The notes: a model not told the origin generated them from the letters alone. A stretch of DNA of 64,000 bases from Patellaria atrata CBS 101060 (GCA_010093705.1 MU006091.1:1550001-1614000), one strand, 5' to 3'; positions 26,390 to 39,153 are shown, counted from the first letter of the stretch. Program-made: numbers and translations.

Positions 26390-27730
26390 GTATTTGCTTA
26401 TGGTTTTCGGTTGGTTGGGTATGGTGGTATTGTTCGCGCGCCTGAGTTGGCGGGTATGCTGGTTTCCTCGATGTACTGGAACAATGGTCTTATGCTTGAT
26501 GGTTGAGAGGGTCTAATGCATGCTGTTATGCCCGTTGATGTTAGTTTCTGACCTAAGTTCTTTATGTATACCATGTTGTTTTTCTCGCTTTCCGTGTTCT
26601 CGTGCGCTCGTGGCGCATTTCAATACTTCCCAACATCATCTTATCTAGTACGGTTCTGAAAGTCTTTAGCTTTATCTATCTATAAATCGATATTTAACCC
26701 AGTTTTATCTAGTTCAATCTCTAGATTTTCCTTTCGCAGCACAACATACGATATACCGTGGCATGCATATTCACCAAATCCTACAAATACACGACAACCC
26801 TCCTATACCCTCATCAGCAGCACAAATTCAGTATTTTATATGATATATATATGTGCCCACTTTAGAGAACACCCATCGTACCATACACTTGCTGTACAAT
26901 TCCACCATCTACTAGGATTAGACCTAAAGTGATTCTGAACTGTCCTCACTCATTGTCATGTCAATGCTCTATTCCTTTACGATATTGTTTAGGGTAGTCT
27001 AGTGTAAACTAATTATTCGAGGTCCTCATACCAAATACCTTTGCTTTAACTCCCGATTGTCACAACCTAGACAACTCGACCACAATATCCGCCTCACAAG
27101 CATTTTGAGGGTATCAGCAACCTTCTGTGTCTCGAGACTGGTCCCCTGGGGGAAATAGTATGGGTGAACGGAGGTCATTCCCGCGTAATGGGACGAGGAC
27201 TCGAGGTATACCACAAAAGGAGGTTTCTTTCCTAACTTAGTTCGAAGCATTGTTCACGCATATTCCACCAAACCGATCTCATTCTATTTAAACTATATAC
27301 ATTATGCCGCAACAACTCCAGCAGTCATAATCCAAACCACCAATTCACGGTACCTGGATCTCGCTACCGTAGTTAGCATTGCCATATCGACTGTCCCGTG
27401 TCCCACCACATTCCCGGATCATGAAAGACATTATAGTTCTAACTGTCACATTAACAGACAATGAGTTTGTATAGTCGAATCCACAATGGCTTCGGACGAG
27501 TACAAAAGCTGTATATTTTCCTCCTTCATCCTTATCATTCACACTAGCATAGCATTCACGAGAGACTACAACACTGTACGCAGGCTGTATAGTACAATCG
27601 CGGTCTACACAAAACTCTACTTCTCTATCCACAAAGCAACAACCTGCTGTACAACACACCTACATCTTTATCTTCATACAACATTCCTAAACCACTCGTA
27701 CAAAGCAGTGTACCAACCCCATTGCCCAGC

Positions 27731-28975
27731 ATGAATTTGAATAGTCCAAAGCAACTCGTAATCAACACAAACGTAGCTCTTTTCAGCATCACAGATTCCG
27801 AGTGTATCTCCCCTCTAACACCCGTTCCCCCTACCCCTCCGCCTCCCAAATATGCCCAAGATCCGGACTACCTTAATCCGGAGCTATCAACAAACCTCAG
27901 CCGAGATTTCGTCAAGGGGTTCAACAAGTCCTGGAGTGGAGGCGAGGGCAGCGCCGAGCTGATATGCCACCGCGCGACCAAGCAACTGTTCATCCTCAAG
28001 ACCCTACACAACAGCAAGCGCGTGAAGAGCGATGAACTGACTGGTGAGCAGAAGGTGTTTGAATTCCTGGGTCCAAGCGAGCATATCGTGCTCTTCGTGA
28101 AGGAATATCTTGATACGAGCACGGCTGTGTGGAATGGTCCTCAACGCCAATTTTTGTACGGGTACTGCGACGGAGGGGACCTGTATGAGTTTAAAGATCG
28201 TTATGAAGAGCATAATATCGCCCTGCCGGAGCTCCTTGTGTGGGACTTGTACAGCCAACTCGCAGGGGGTGTGGCATTCATCCACGGTCAGGGGATCGTA
28301 CACGCCGATATTAAGCCCGCGAATATTTTCTTGGCCTCGGGTCCTGGGCACCCTGTCGCGGGCGTTACTGACAAAGACGACCATCCCAAGGGGAAACCCT
28401 ATCCTCGCGTGAAGTTGGGTGATTTCGGCATGGCGTTCTCGCCGCCTGAAAAGTGCCCCGGATATGGAACCCCGTCCTGGCAGCCGGCCGATCCCGAGAA
28501 ACCTAGATCTATGCCTGCAGATGTATGGGCTGTAGCCGCAGTCGCCCAATTCCTATGTGTCGGCAGGGGACCCCTCACCGGTGGGGCTAAGACTGAAGAT
28601 TTTTCAAGTAACAGCAGCGTGGTGGCCCTGAAGCTGGGCGAGCGTTCGGCGGCCTGCAAGCTAAGGAAGCGTAAATGGTATAGAGAGACACCAAGGAAAG
28701 TGTACAATATCACGGATCCAAGGCAACTAGACAGGCCACTGATTGGGCCCGAAGGCGAGGAATTTGGGTACAGTAGCATGCTGTTCCAGATGGTCCGTAG
28801 GGTACTGCAAGCGACTCCGTCAATGAGGGCCACGGCGAAGGATTTAGTGGTGCAAGTTGAATCGAGGAGACTCGTTGACAGGGTGCGGACTGTGCCAGCT
28901 TGGGCCATGCCCGAGGCACCGAGTCCGCAACCGTGGCAATATGAGGAGTCAGAAGTCCTACCCTACCCAGGGTAG
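27731..28975 (+). CDS. Intronless Ser/Thr protein kinase, non-RD type, divergent
   Basis: Gly loop SGGEGSA, FILK, alphaC Glu, YCDGGDL, HADIKPANIF, KLGDFG, GTPSWQPADPE and DVWAV. Confidence 0.88.
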   Translation: MNLNSPKQLVINTNVALFSITDSECISPLTPVPPTPPPPKYAQDPDYLNPELSTNLSRDFVKGFNKSWSGGEGSAELICHRATKQLFILKTLHNSKRVKSDELTGEQKVFEFLGPSEHIVLFVKEYLDTSTAVWNGPQRQFLYGYCDGGDLYEFKDRYEEHNIALPELLVWDLYSQLAGGVAFIHGQGIVHADIKPANIFLASGPGHPVAGVTDKDDHPKGKPYPRVKLGDFGMAFSPPEKCPGYGTPSWQPADPEKPRSMPADVWAVAAVAQFLCVGRGPLTGGAKTEDFSSNSSVVALKLGERSAACKLRKRKWYRETPRKVYNITDPRQLDRPLIGPEGEEFGYSSMLFQMVRRVLQATPSMRATAKDLVVQVESRRLVDRVRTVPAWAMPEAPSPQPWQYEESEVLPYPG

Positions 28976-29704
28976 GATGTCTCTATTTTGACCACTTGTC
29001 AATTGTTAGATACCTTGTACGATATATGATATTGAAGTTCTGTATAAATGGAGTCGAATAAGTAGAGATTGTATATGGAGGGAGTATCGTGCGTGCGTGA
29101 AGTTAGAGTATATAATTGCGGTGCTGGGAGACTTGGACTAGTACTATAGGTATGATAGCAAAATGAGAACTTTGAATAAGTAACACAACGAAAGAAACGC
29201 AATAGTTGAGAGTGCTCATGCCAGATGAGATGAGACGAAAGATCAGAACGTTCAACGTCCTAGCGGCCCGGCCTGCGGGATGATGAAAGATTAACAGCAG
29301 TATAATGACCATAAAACACAAGAAAAGGAGAAGGGAAAAGTTTCTGACGCCAGAAAACCGAAAGAACGAATGATGGAAAATCCCAAGCCATATCCTTCAT
29401 CCATCGTCCATTCTATATCCGCGACCCATTCGTACAGTCATTAATATCCTCCCCACGCCTGCATAGTTGCACGGCAATATGCATCTTCCAACACTTCTTA
29501 GTTATAGTGTAATGAGATAGAAAGTATTATTCTCCGAATGAAGTTCTGAAGTTTTTCAGCTGGTCAATATAGTGCCAAGAGTTGTCCGCATACAGTTGAT
29601 GTAGGAAACCGTTCCATCGGGAAGCTGAACGGACAGCCACAATCATAGCACATCAAGAATAACGGACAATATGACTATTGTTGTAGTGGTGTGTTCCATC
29701 ATCG

Positions 29705-29866
29705 CTACCGTCCGGATGGTCCTTTGCAGTGGACTGGGCAGATATACCCTACAGTGATAACCCTGTCCACAACAGCATGCCGTCCTAAGGAGGCGCAAGG
29801 GTCTACATTGTGGACGTAGTAGATGCAATCGCAGATGGCATACTTCTCAATAAGTCTGATGCACAT
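29705..29866 (-). CDS. 53-aa Cys/His-rich microprotein MCIRLIEKYAICDCIYYVHNVDPCASLGRHAVVDRVITVGYICPVHCKGPSGR
   Basis: Intact ATG to TAG with A at -3 (caagATG) and a C/A-rich leader. Pattern MC-x6-Y-x2-CxC-x4-H-x2-DPC-x5-H...VGYxCxxH. Below the 60-aa cutoff of the ORF track. Confidence 0.8.
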   Translation of the reverse strand: MCIRLIEKYAICDCIYYVHNVDPCASLGRHAVVDRVITVGYICPVHCKGPSGR

Positions 29867-30075
29867 CTTGCAGGTTCTGGCTTTTGAAACAGTTGTAGTA
29901 GTGTAAGATAGAGGGATTGGATGTTCCGAAGATTGCGTGAGGTAAGTGTTGTGGAATAAACCAGCCCTCTAGGAATTATGTTTTTGGGGAATAGACTGAT
30001 CCGTTTCGGACGTTGTGTGTACGCTGATTCCAACTCAATTGTAACCTTCGCAGCCCATAATCTGTATTGAGGAAA

Positions 30076-30353
30076 TTATGTGTTGTGATATTGAACGAGA
30101 TGGTTCACCTCAACAATCGGGCTCCACGATGAAGTTCCGGTCTTCACTAGGGATATGCTGGTGTAGTCAATGAATAAAAATTGAATGGAACGAAAGGTGA
30201 TGCTGAACGGTTTTCTGGTATGTAAGGGAGATGCCGCAATGATGTTGCTGGAAGTAACAGTAGTGAGAGAGGTATGTGATGATCCAGGAAACGCCCAAGC
30301 AAACCCAAACGAAAGCGTGAAAGAAACTAGAAGAATATGAAAATGCAACTTAT
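30076..30353 (-). pseudogene. Relic of a small secreted protein, start codon apparently lost by a 1-nt deletion
   Basis: cacaAT-AAG TTG CAT would read MKLHFHILLVSFTLSFGFAWAFP, a signal-peptide-like sequence, if one G were restored. Confidence 0.4.
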
Positions 30354-30539
30354 TGTGAAGATGTAAAGAATGGATAATGCACTCATTATATGCAAAGTTT
30401 CCAACATCACACTGGACACACCCTAGACTATCCGTTCGAATCAGCCTAACATTGTCTTGTAGTACAGAAGGAAAGTAATGCTGGATTAGCGTCGATTTTG
30501 GAGGTCAAAACAGGGCAAAGTTGCTCTCGAAATAGTGAG

Positions 30540-33500
30540 GTTATTCACAAATAACAGAAGTAGCAGCCACAGTTCGGAGTTCACGATGAAGTATTTGGAT
30601 GTACCAGAGGCGCAGCTAGGTAACCTGCAGTATATCTTAGTAGTTAAACATCGAACCATGACGTTTCCAGTAAGATTGAAGCGTGGGATGAGAGCGCAGC
30701 GGGAGGCCTATAAGGTAGCGTATCGCGGGAAAAGGCAACACAGGATCCGCGAAACAACACAAGCAACACGGATGCTGCCATGAGTACAGTACCATGCACG
30801 TGGAATTCCAAGGGAACTAACGTCTTTCCCAAGCATTTGATGGAACATGTGAATTAATCGGGCTGTGTCAACGATTCTATTTCTTGTAAGCCAACCGCTT
30901 TATGGGCCCCCAATCAGCTGGACCAGGATGGGAAGTCATACAGTAGTAGTCATACAGTAGTTCATACTCAAAACCATCCTCAATCCCCACAATTCGGGGA
31001 TTATAACGCCTCAAGTAGACTTTCCATATCGAGAAAGGAATAAAGTGCAATTCCAATGCTCGAAAGCGTCGCAATCATGATGACGGAATCCGTCGGCGAC
31101 AAGAGAATCGGATGCAATACGAGCATACTCTGCATTCAAGGGATGTACGTTGAGAGCTGGAGACGGGACAGGATCGAGAGAGTTCTAGTTCTATCAGCTA
31201 CGGAAGATTTGGGCCACGTACAGGACATTTCCCCAGCATAGACTGTTTTATTTTGCAAAGCATACTATAATCTTTGATGAGTCCCTCTCTACTGTAGAGT
31301 TCTACAAAGGGGAGAGGTGTGAGAAAGAGGAGTGAGCAGCAGTGGGGAGAGACCTCGACCGAAAGTTGGCCCGCTCAAGGCGTAAGAAGAAGTATGACAA
31401 GGGTAATCGTCAGCCCTACGGGAAACAGAGCCCCAAAAACTGTCAACTTTAGCAGAAGTTGAAAATTCCAACCAACTACGGAGTTAAGACCCTTTTCGAG
31501 GCATCCAGCAACTAACTTTTATGAGTTAGAAGCGGTTGAAAGGCCACCGCTACAAAGCTGATCATTTTGTATGGCTTGACCATCTGTGCCACACTTCAGG
31601 AACACCATAAGGGCGGTGGTGATACAAATCTCAACTCCAATTGCGACTACAATCCAACAATTTTAGTTTCTTCTCCAATCTACACGTCAACGTTTTGCTT
31701 GTAAAAAGATACTTGTTTATTTGATATTCCTGTTCGCCTTCGTCTAACATGGAAAAGCCTCTAGCACTAGAACTATGCCGAGTTTGCCGAAGAGATTTTT
31801 GTCATTTCTGCAGAAAGTAATTGACCATGTCAAGAAAACCTTTGTATTACCTGCATCGATGACTGGTTGAAGCCTAATAACTAACATTAAATACACTTTG
31901 AAGATCGACGATGAGTAACTCGGCTCCTACGACTTTGTTTGCGTTCGCGCTCACCGTTGATTTTCCAGATCTTCAAGATGATCATCGCTATGATCGACTC
32001 CTTTCTGTGTCACGATGGCTTCGGAGCTTCCAGATCGTCCAAAGAATAACGGCTTTCTTCAATTCAAACCGTTGAAGATGCTCATATTATTCTTCCGCAC
32101 AGAACTTTTCGAAACTGATGCGAGAAGTTGCATAATACGAACTGCTGACTTCGCTCCACCTAAGATCAACGTCACACTGCAGGAATAGATTAAGACCAAG
32201 ATAGTCATGTCGAGCGCTTGTCTGCTCAGGGGACCGCCGATGTTCTAGAATGGCAAGGACAACGACTTCGACTAAACTTTCTTAGGTGATCCATTGAAAT
32301 ACCAGGACACTCATACAGTGCAGACGTTCGGGTCTTGTTCTTGCATGAAATATTCCCTCAATGGACTGGACAAGATCCCTTGAACAAAGATTGCGGTTAC
32401 AATTCACGGTCACAGGCCCCTTTCCCGCCGTTGGCGCGCAAGGCTCATTTTCAGCCTTAAGGGTCTGAATTGAGGCAAGAACGGATTCTATTACTTCGTT
32501 GGCTGAAGTATTCAACCTCCTAGGTGTTACCATGTACACTTCTGGAATTCTTGACTCGTAATTTTACTCCTTTCTGGCAGTTCCGAACTCACTTTTGCCA
32601 CTCAAAACGTCTCTCACCGTATGGGAGTTTAGCTACACAGAATTCACTGGAAGGCATGATATACGGCTACAGGAACAATGCGCTGTCAGATGTTTACACG
32701 AGCATTACTGAATTACCGACTCCCCGTGGAGTAAATGAAGAGGTATACAAATTATGGTTCTAGGTTATTAGTAGGTGGTGTAATATGCGTTCTATACATG
32801 GGCTTATGGGTGTACAGTACAGGAATATTTTTATGCATCCGCTATGGGCTATTGAGGCCTCCGTTTTCGCCTTTCCTCTTTCTTACTCGACGAACAGAAT
32901 GACTCGTTTAAGCATTCCTTTTCAGGATGCTCCAAACTATCTCTCCAATTCATGTGGAATTGTTCCAAGTCAAAGATTGCGCAAATCAAAGAGTAAGCTG
33001 TCCAATAAGTTCTGCCGAGGAGTATCAGCTGGACGAAACCTATCCTAACGCGTCGTTCGTTCTCCAATCACCATCTGTCTCCAACTGAGAATAACTACCC
33101 CAGCCTTGGTTTGTAGCTCGTTGATTGAGGTTGCCGTGCGACCTTGAGGTCCGAGAAAATCACCAACTTTGTGTCTTCAGGCATGAGCCAAGTAGGAACC
33201 GGACGGTGGGAGATCCAATTCGTTCGCCGGCTGATATTGTTCCTGCAAACCGTACCACGATTCCACTCCTTGAGCAACTGCCTTCATCTCCCATGCTGTA
33301 CTCTACTCCATTCAGAACTGCCACTGTCCAACAGACTCTTCTATTCAGCCCCAATCATGCCAGCCCCTTTAGCGCACTCCAATGTATATTTCGCATCTGC
33401 ACCACACCTCATCTTGTCAACTTGTTTGCCTTATTTTAGTATACGTTTGCCTATGCGGAGAGAAATCTGTAGAGTTCCGCGAGCAGGATTTTGACCTTGC

Positions 33501-34185
33501 AAGAAACTTGTACAATCCCAGATCAACCAACCGTATACTACCAAAAGGTATTCATCTGGAAGGGACATACACGGTCACATTTTCACATGCGTAGCGCGTT
33601 CGCATGACAAGAACATTCTATCATTCTCAGAGACACCTCAGGCGATTGTGGCTAATGCGGGTCCCTGCAGATACTTCGAGATACTTTTACGAGGAAAAAG
33701 GTACAAAATCTCCTCAATCATCCATTCGCAGTCCTCCATTTCGACGGCGTTACTTCCACCCATAGACCAGAATAAACCAAGAGCATGAACACCGGGTGCA
33801 CTGTTAAACTCCCACTCCGGCATATTCGCGCCTTCAATCAGCCTAGCCCACGCTTATGCTTATACGAGCACACCTTAGAATCTCACCCCTGAGCTTTACA
33901 ATCGGTTTCCGCCCCAAATCCTCGTTATTTACAAAGCTATCTATCTTCTTCGTTACCTGCTCCACACTCTCCCTCACAACCCCCCCTGAGATACAAGTTC
34001 GAGCTAATAGTCGATCCGGACAGGTGCTCCCCAGCTCGAGCCCAGTTGCCATGGTAGGGTCAAACTCGGCCGTTACATTGAGATACGCTTCACCCTCGCT
34101 CGGTTTAAAATTCCGGTCGGAATCCGAAGTTTCGCGATTGTCTTCACCGGAGACTTTGACTAGACATTGTTTTGCGCAGACATGG
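30540..34185 (-). pseudogene. Heavily decayed large hypothetical-protein gene
   Basis: Collinear fragments: LIWDCTSFLQGQ (about 33500), KLPYGERRFEWQ followed by a GTGAGT donor (about 32590), RALELHFIPFSIW and DGFEYE (about 31000), ARLIHMFH (about 30850) and a hydrophobic tail. Many stops and frameshifts. Confidence 0.45.
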
Positions 34186-35386
34186 TTGACTCATTGCTTC
34201 GATGTAGTACAAACATCATATCGACTATTCATTCAGCTCACTTTGATAATCAATACAAGAAAGCATCAACAAACAACCTACAGATCAGCGACACCATTCC
34301 CTCAAAACGCGCTGAAAGCACGCAGACCACGTCAAAGCAGACAGATAACTCTCGAGCATTCATGTTGCGCAACACCAGATCAGCTTCAGAAGACCACACA
34401 TCCTCATCCCCTCAGCTATCAGTATAATGGGCAACATACTACCCTTTAGGTACTTTGCTTTCCGTAATCGATACGAACAAGCAATATCCCCTTTCATCTA
34501 ACAACGCGCAGATCCCCCACGGAACTCATCGAATTTCACACCACAAACATCATTTAACACATTTTGCATATAAATCACGCTGTACCTGAAATCAGATATG
34601 ATCTCTTACTCAATTCAAGTAATACTCTATTGCTGATGTTTGGTTCTGAGAGGTCTACTAAGATTTATACCGCAAATATCGTCCCCCGCGTCCCTGTTTG
34701 GTCCTGAAAGGACTATTAAGATTGATACCGCATATTTGGACCCCGCCTCTCGAACATCTATCCTGTGCGATATATTTAGAATATCCGGTGCTCCTCTCTG
34801 ATAGATATATGTCACATTCAGAATCGTATAGAATTCAGGATAGACCCAACCGCTGTAGAAGGTGATAAGGGGATTTACCATAGAATAGCAATGGTTGTAG
34901 ATCTGATCATCGTTATCTCCTGAGCAGTGTAGGAAAGCAATAAGCACAAGAGAAACAAACTACCTGGTAGGGACGCTGGAAGGTGAAAAAGGTGAAAGTA
35001 GGTAAGCGGGCTGCAAGCCAAAGCATACGAACAGTACAGCGTTGAGGTTATGAGAATGGGGTTCTATGAATAGAAAGATCCACTTGGATAGAGCTGATAT
35101 TGAAGGGCTGCGCCCAGATCATTCATCACATAGGAAACAAGTTCAACATAGTATTTGATTCGAGTTGATCTATTAATCTCATCCGCAATTTCTATATCTC
35201 GCAGTATGAGAATCCATGCATTCACGCCATGACCTGCCTCCTACTGCCGATCTAATAGCCCAGACGCCACGCAATGCAAAATCCCACCAACACCTCTTTG
35301 CCCGCCCGAAGCCTCACAATGCATCAGCACCGTCTCTAGTAGAGAAGCTATAGACAAGTAAGCATCAGACCGAGAAGTGAGAGCGC

Positions 35387-36540
35387 TCATTTCCCATCCT
35401 TCCTCTTCCTCAGCGTGTTCCCCTGGCCTTGGAAATGGACTTTCTCCTCACTCTCCGCAGCCTCCCCTTTCTTCCTGAGCGGGGTGATCTCGTAGCCCAA
35501 AAACAGCTTCCCAGGTGGCAATCTCAGGGGCTGCGGTCCTGCTCTCCGCACCTGCGTCCTTATCTGCTCTGATGGCGAATTGGTAGACTGTCCTGCCACT
35601 GGTGTTGAGGCCTGGGGTGTCGATGTCTTGGACCCCTTTTTGTTCAACTTGTGACCCGCGGACAGGAAATGGGAGGAGACTGCCTGGGCGCCGGAACCGG
35701 GGGCTGTAGAGTTGGGAGCGATGGCAGCATAGTTGATAGCCGCGGCCATTGTTCCATGTGGGTGCATCATTCCGGACTGTCCCGCTAAACCACCCGTCGC
35801 GGAGCGCGGTGTGCTTGTCCCTGAGGCCGCTTTTCTGCGCGCCACTTCTTCGTCATAACCGACGGGGGCCTCGAAGTCGACGCTCAGATCGGTCTCGATG
35901 GTACAGATCGCGTTAGCCGGGTTTGCAGGTTTTACATCCTTGACTGCGACGGAGTAGGTGTTGTCGTTGTAGGCGAAGGTGAAGATATCGCCGACGGTAA
36001 GGCAGGAAAAGTTGCGGAACGCAGTCTCGAGGACGGCTTTCGGATCACTGATCTCCAAAAAACTTGTATCTTGCGGTTGAAGCTTGATGAAACTACCGAG
36101 TGGTAGGTCCGTCGAGAGAATCTGGACTAGATCTCCTGGCTCTAGGCCTAGCGTCTGCATGAGCCAGTATGGGAGGTATATCTTGCCCTCTTCCGCGATG
36201 AATTCTAGCACCCCCGCGTGCGTTGTTTTCGACGCTTTGCCGTTGCGGAGTTCGAATAGCATGGGATAGGTTATGTGGAGCCGGGTTAGTTTGTCCAGGG
36301 CGGAGGGTGGCATGAATACTTTGCCGCCGTGGTTTGCTGAGGGGCGGTCGGGACCGGGGAGCATGGCGATGGGATAGCAGCGGAGGTACTCGTCGAAGCG
36401 ACGAGGGGGACGGGACGAGCGGTGCATCATACTCCGATAGTGGTCATCGTCGTCGTAGTAATTTGCATTGTAAGAGAACTGAGGAGGGTTAGGGTAGAAA
36501 GACAGGGTGGGAAGGAGGGAATTGTGATCGGACTTACCAT
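35387..36540 (-). CDS. UFD1: Ubiquitin fusion degradation protein 1 (Cdc48 cofactor); first coding exon is the ATG only
   Basis: GGKVFMPPSALDKL, YPMLFEL, THAGVLEFIAEEG, ISDPKAVLE, DFEAPVGY, GKLFLGY and the SHP-like FQGQGNTL. ATG|gtaagt at 36540; the exon resumes with FSYNANYY. Confidence 0.96.
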
Positions 36541-37242
36541 GATAAAGGTAGGAGGAAGGAGCGAGTCCTTCTTTGTTTGTGTGAGGAGAGTATTAAGGAA
36601 CAAGAATGAGGTGGGTTTGAGTATAAGTAGTGTAGAGATTGAGTTAAACAAGGTAAGCTTTTGAATTCGTGGCGGCTGCGTATCTTAACGGCACAACGGG
36701 TATGTTCTCTGGTTTAGAATCACATAAATCGGTATGAAGTCACTCAAATTCGTTATAGTAATCAACTTTGAAATTCACAACTCTATGCGTTTGAGACTCA
36801 ATATAATATTTCCAGTTTAATTGGGATGAAGCTTCATTAAACGTCATTTAGGTAGCGAGTAGTTGGTCCGGTTAATTATCGGCTTCCCCTCAAGAGTTAT
36901 TGCAGATGTTAAACCCTTCCTTTTCGTCAGTTCTTTCGTCTGATCTATCAAAACCAAGGCAACTCAGTAGAAGAATCTAATTTTTGGGACCATACACTTC
37001 TTTTAGTGATAAATGCCAGATCGGTTGACATCAAGGCTACACACAATAAAGGTAGCTGATCTCGGACCGTGGTAAAGCACTCTTGGGAGCGGTTCAACTT
37101 ATCATAAAGTACGAATTCCATGTTCTAAGAGGGACAGTTCAAGTTCGACGTAATAAATAGCATCCTACCAGTATACATATCTTAGCAATTCGCTCATCCC
37201 GTCTGACGTTTCCAACCCACTACCTTGATCTCAGTCAAGACT

Positions 37243-38514
37243 ATGATGTCTGCAAAACGAGGAGGGGGTCCCTTTTCATACGCTGGGGATGAGAGCTCCG
37301 AACCGTCCAGCAAAAAGTTACGGTTCGATACAAGAAATCCGTCAACGCTAGCAGCAGATGCCGCAGAAGAGGATGCAATCCTTGAGCTGGATGAGATCGG
37401 CAAAGGTGCTCAGACCAAACGAAATGCAGTCAAAATCGATGGCTATGAGTCGGACAGCTCCACGGAAAATTTCGATCAGAGAGCTGACGACAAGGCGCGG
37501 GCGGCGAAAGCAGCAACACGGCAGAAATCCAAGGAAGAAGATGAAGGTGACATGTTTGCGGACCTAGACGATGAATTTGCGGATGGCGATGATGATGAAG
37601 ATTTATCACGGGAGGGGAAACAAAAGAAGTCGGTGAAGTTTCTAGATGAGGATGAGATCGAAGGCCAGGTTTCCAATTCTAAATCCGGTGGCCATGTTTC
37701 AGCCGATTTCACTGGGAAAGGGAAAGAGCGCAAGTACGACGATACGGATTCATCTAGTGATAGCGGTGGAGATGAAGGTCGGGACCGAATCGATAGCGAT
37801 ATGGATGAAGAGATTGGCGCAGGGGGAAAGAAGAAGCACGCGCCCAAGCTGGACGCATTTAACATGAAAAATGAGAATGAAGAGGGACGTTTCGATGAGC
37901 ACGGGAATTATGTGAGGAAGGCTGTAGATCCGGATGCCGTTCATGACCGCTGGCTAGAAGGGATTACGAAAAGGGATATGAAGAAGGCCAAAGAGGCCCA
38001 AGAGCGTCGAGAAGACGAACAGCGGAGGAAAAACAAAGAAAACGATGCGCTCCTGACTTCTGACTTATTGGCGGCCCTGATTCCACGACTGAAGAAAACC
38101 GAGACACCTATGGAAGCTTTGCAGCGTCTAGAGAAGAGTAAGCCTAAGCGAAAACCAAAACAACGGTCGGATATGGATCCACAAACCTTAGCGGACGCAA
38201 AAGTGGCTACAGACGCGATCAACGCCATTTGTGATGCTGCGAACGGTCTTATTCACAAGGGTTTTCCCAACGTCTACGATGAACCTCGCGAGAAGCTCAC
38301 CAGAATCTACGCTCAGGAAAATGATAGTCCATGGGAAGACCCGCTAAAAAATTGGGAATACCGCCCTGTGGAGGGTGGTGGCCAAATACATGGTCCCTAC
38401 GATAGTAAGACAATGCAAGCGTGGAGTGATGCCGGTTACTTTGCTGAAGGAACTGCCCAGTTTCGCGAAGCTGGGGATGTACCTTGGCTGTGGGAGGTTG
38501 ATGATTTTGAATAG
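37243..38514 (+). CDS. LIN1: U5 snRNP GYF-domain protein (Lin1/Snu40/CD2BP2)
   Basis: AFNMKNENEEGRFDEHGNYV, DRWL, ETPMEALQRL and a C-terminal GYF domain (WEY...HGPYDSKTMQAWSDAGYF). Confidence 0.92.
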   Translation: MMSAKRGGGPFSYAGDESSEPSSKKLRFDTRNPSTLAADAAEEDAILELDEIGKGAQTKRNAVKIDGYESDSSTENFDQRADDKARAAKAATRQKSKEEDEGDMFADLDDEFADGDDDEDLSREGKQKKSVKFLDEDEIEGQVSNSKSGGHVSADFTGKGKERKYDDTDSSSDSGGDEGRDRIDSDMDEEIGAGGKKKHAPKLDAFNMKNENEEGRFDEHGNYVRKAVDPDAVHDRWLEGITKRDMKKAKEAQERREDEQRRKNKENDALLTSDLLAALIPRLKKTETPMEALQRLEKSKPKRKPKQRSDMDPQTLADAKVATDAINAICDAANGLIHKGFPNVYDEPREKLTRIYAQENDSPWEDPLKNWEYRPVEGGGQIHGPYDSKTMQAWSDAGYFAEGTAQFREAGDVPWLWEVDDFE

Positions 38515-39153
38515 ATACATGTACGATGTGAGTTGGAGTTATGGTGATAGTGTTAGTGGGAATTTAGGCAGGGTGGTAGTCCACATTTGGAGCCGATTGA
38601 AGGTATTTAGATGTAAGTCACATTTCGATGGCTTCATAAACAGCTACATAATCCAATCCCCAACGTCTATTAGTCAGTCTTCAATGAGTTCTATATTTAC
38701 CTAATATTGGGGTTATATCCTTTTAGAAGCATAGGTAAGGAAACATTGATCCTTACGGTGAAAACTTTCTATCATTCGTGTATTTTCACAGTATGGGCGT
38801 CAAGTTGCGATTTCATACGCACAGCCAATGGACAGTTAACAGTCAATTATTGCTTCTATTCTAATCCCATGCTCCAACACCATATATCGGAATGAAAGTG
38901 AAGAATTCATCTACTAATGATGTCAGTACGAGAGTCCTGTACAATAAGACGGAGGAGTAAGCCACCCACCTGGGCACCAAATGTGCGCCAGAAAGTGCCT
39001 ATGGAGGCAAAGGACATCGCGGCGAGGGAATTGATTTTATACAGTTTCTGCACAGTTCATAGACACCGTTAGTCCTATTTCTGAAAGGGTGTTGCAAACC
39101 GTCTTTTCCGTACCTTTTCGCTCTGCTCCATGGATTGAGCGCTTGTCGCGCCC

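Noticed and set aside
33856..34449. 197-aa + strand ORF
   Set aside because: Partly antisense to the decayed minus-strand gene, with no motifs or codon bias.
34627..34947. 106-aa minus-strand ORF downstream of UFD1
   Set aside because: GTG start and no recognisable motif; it cannot be supported as a gene.
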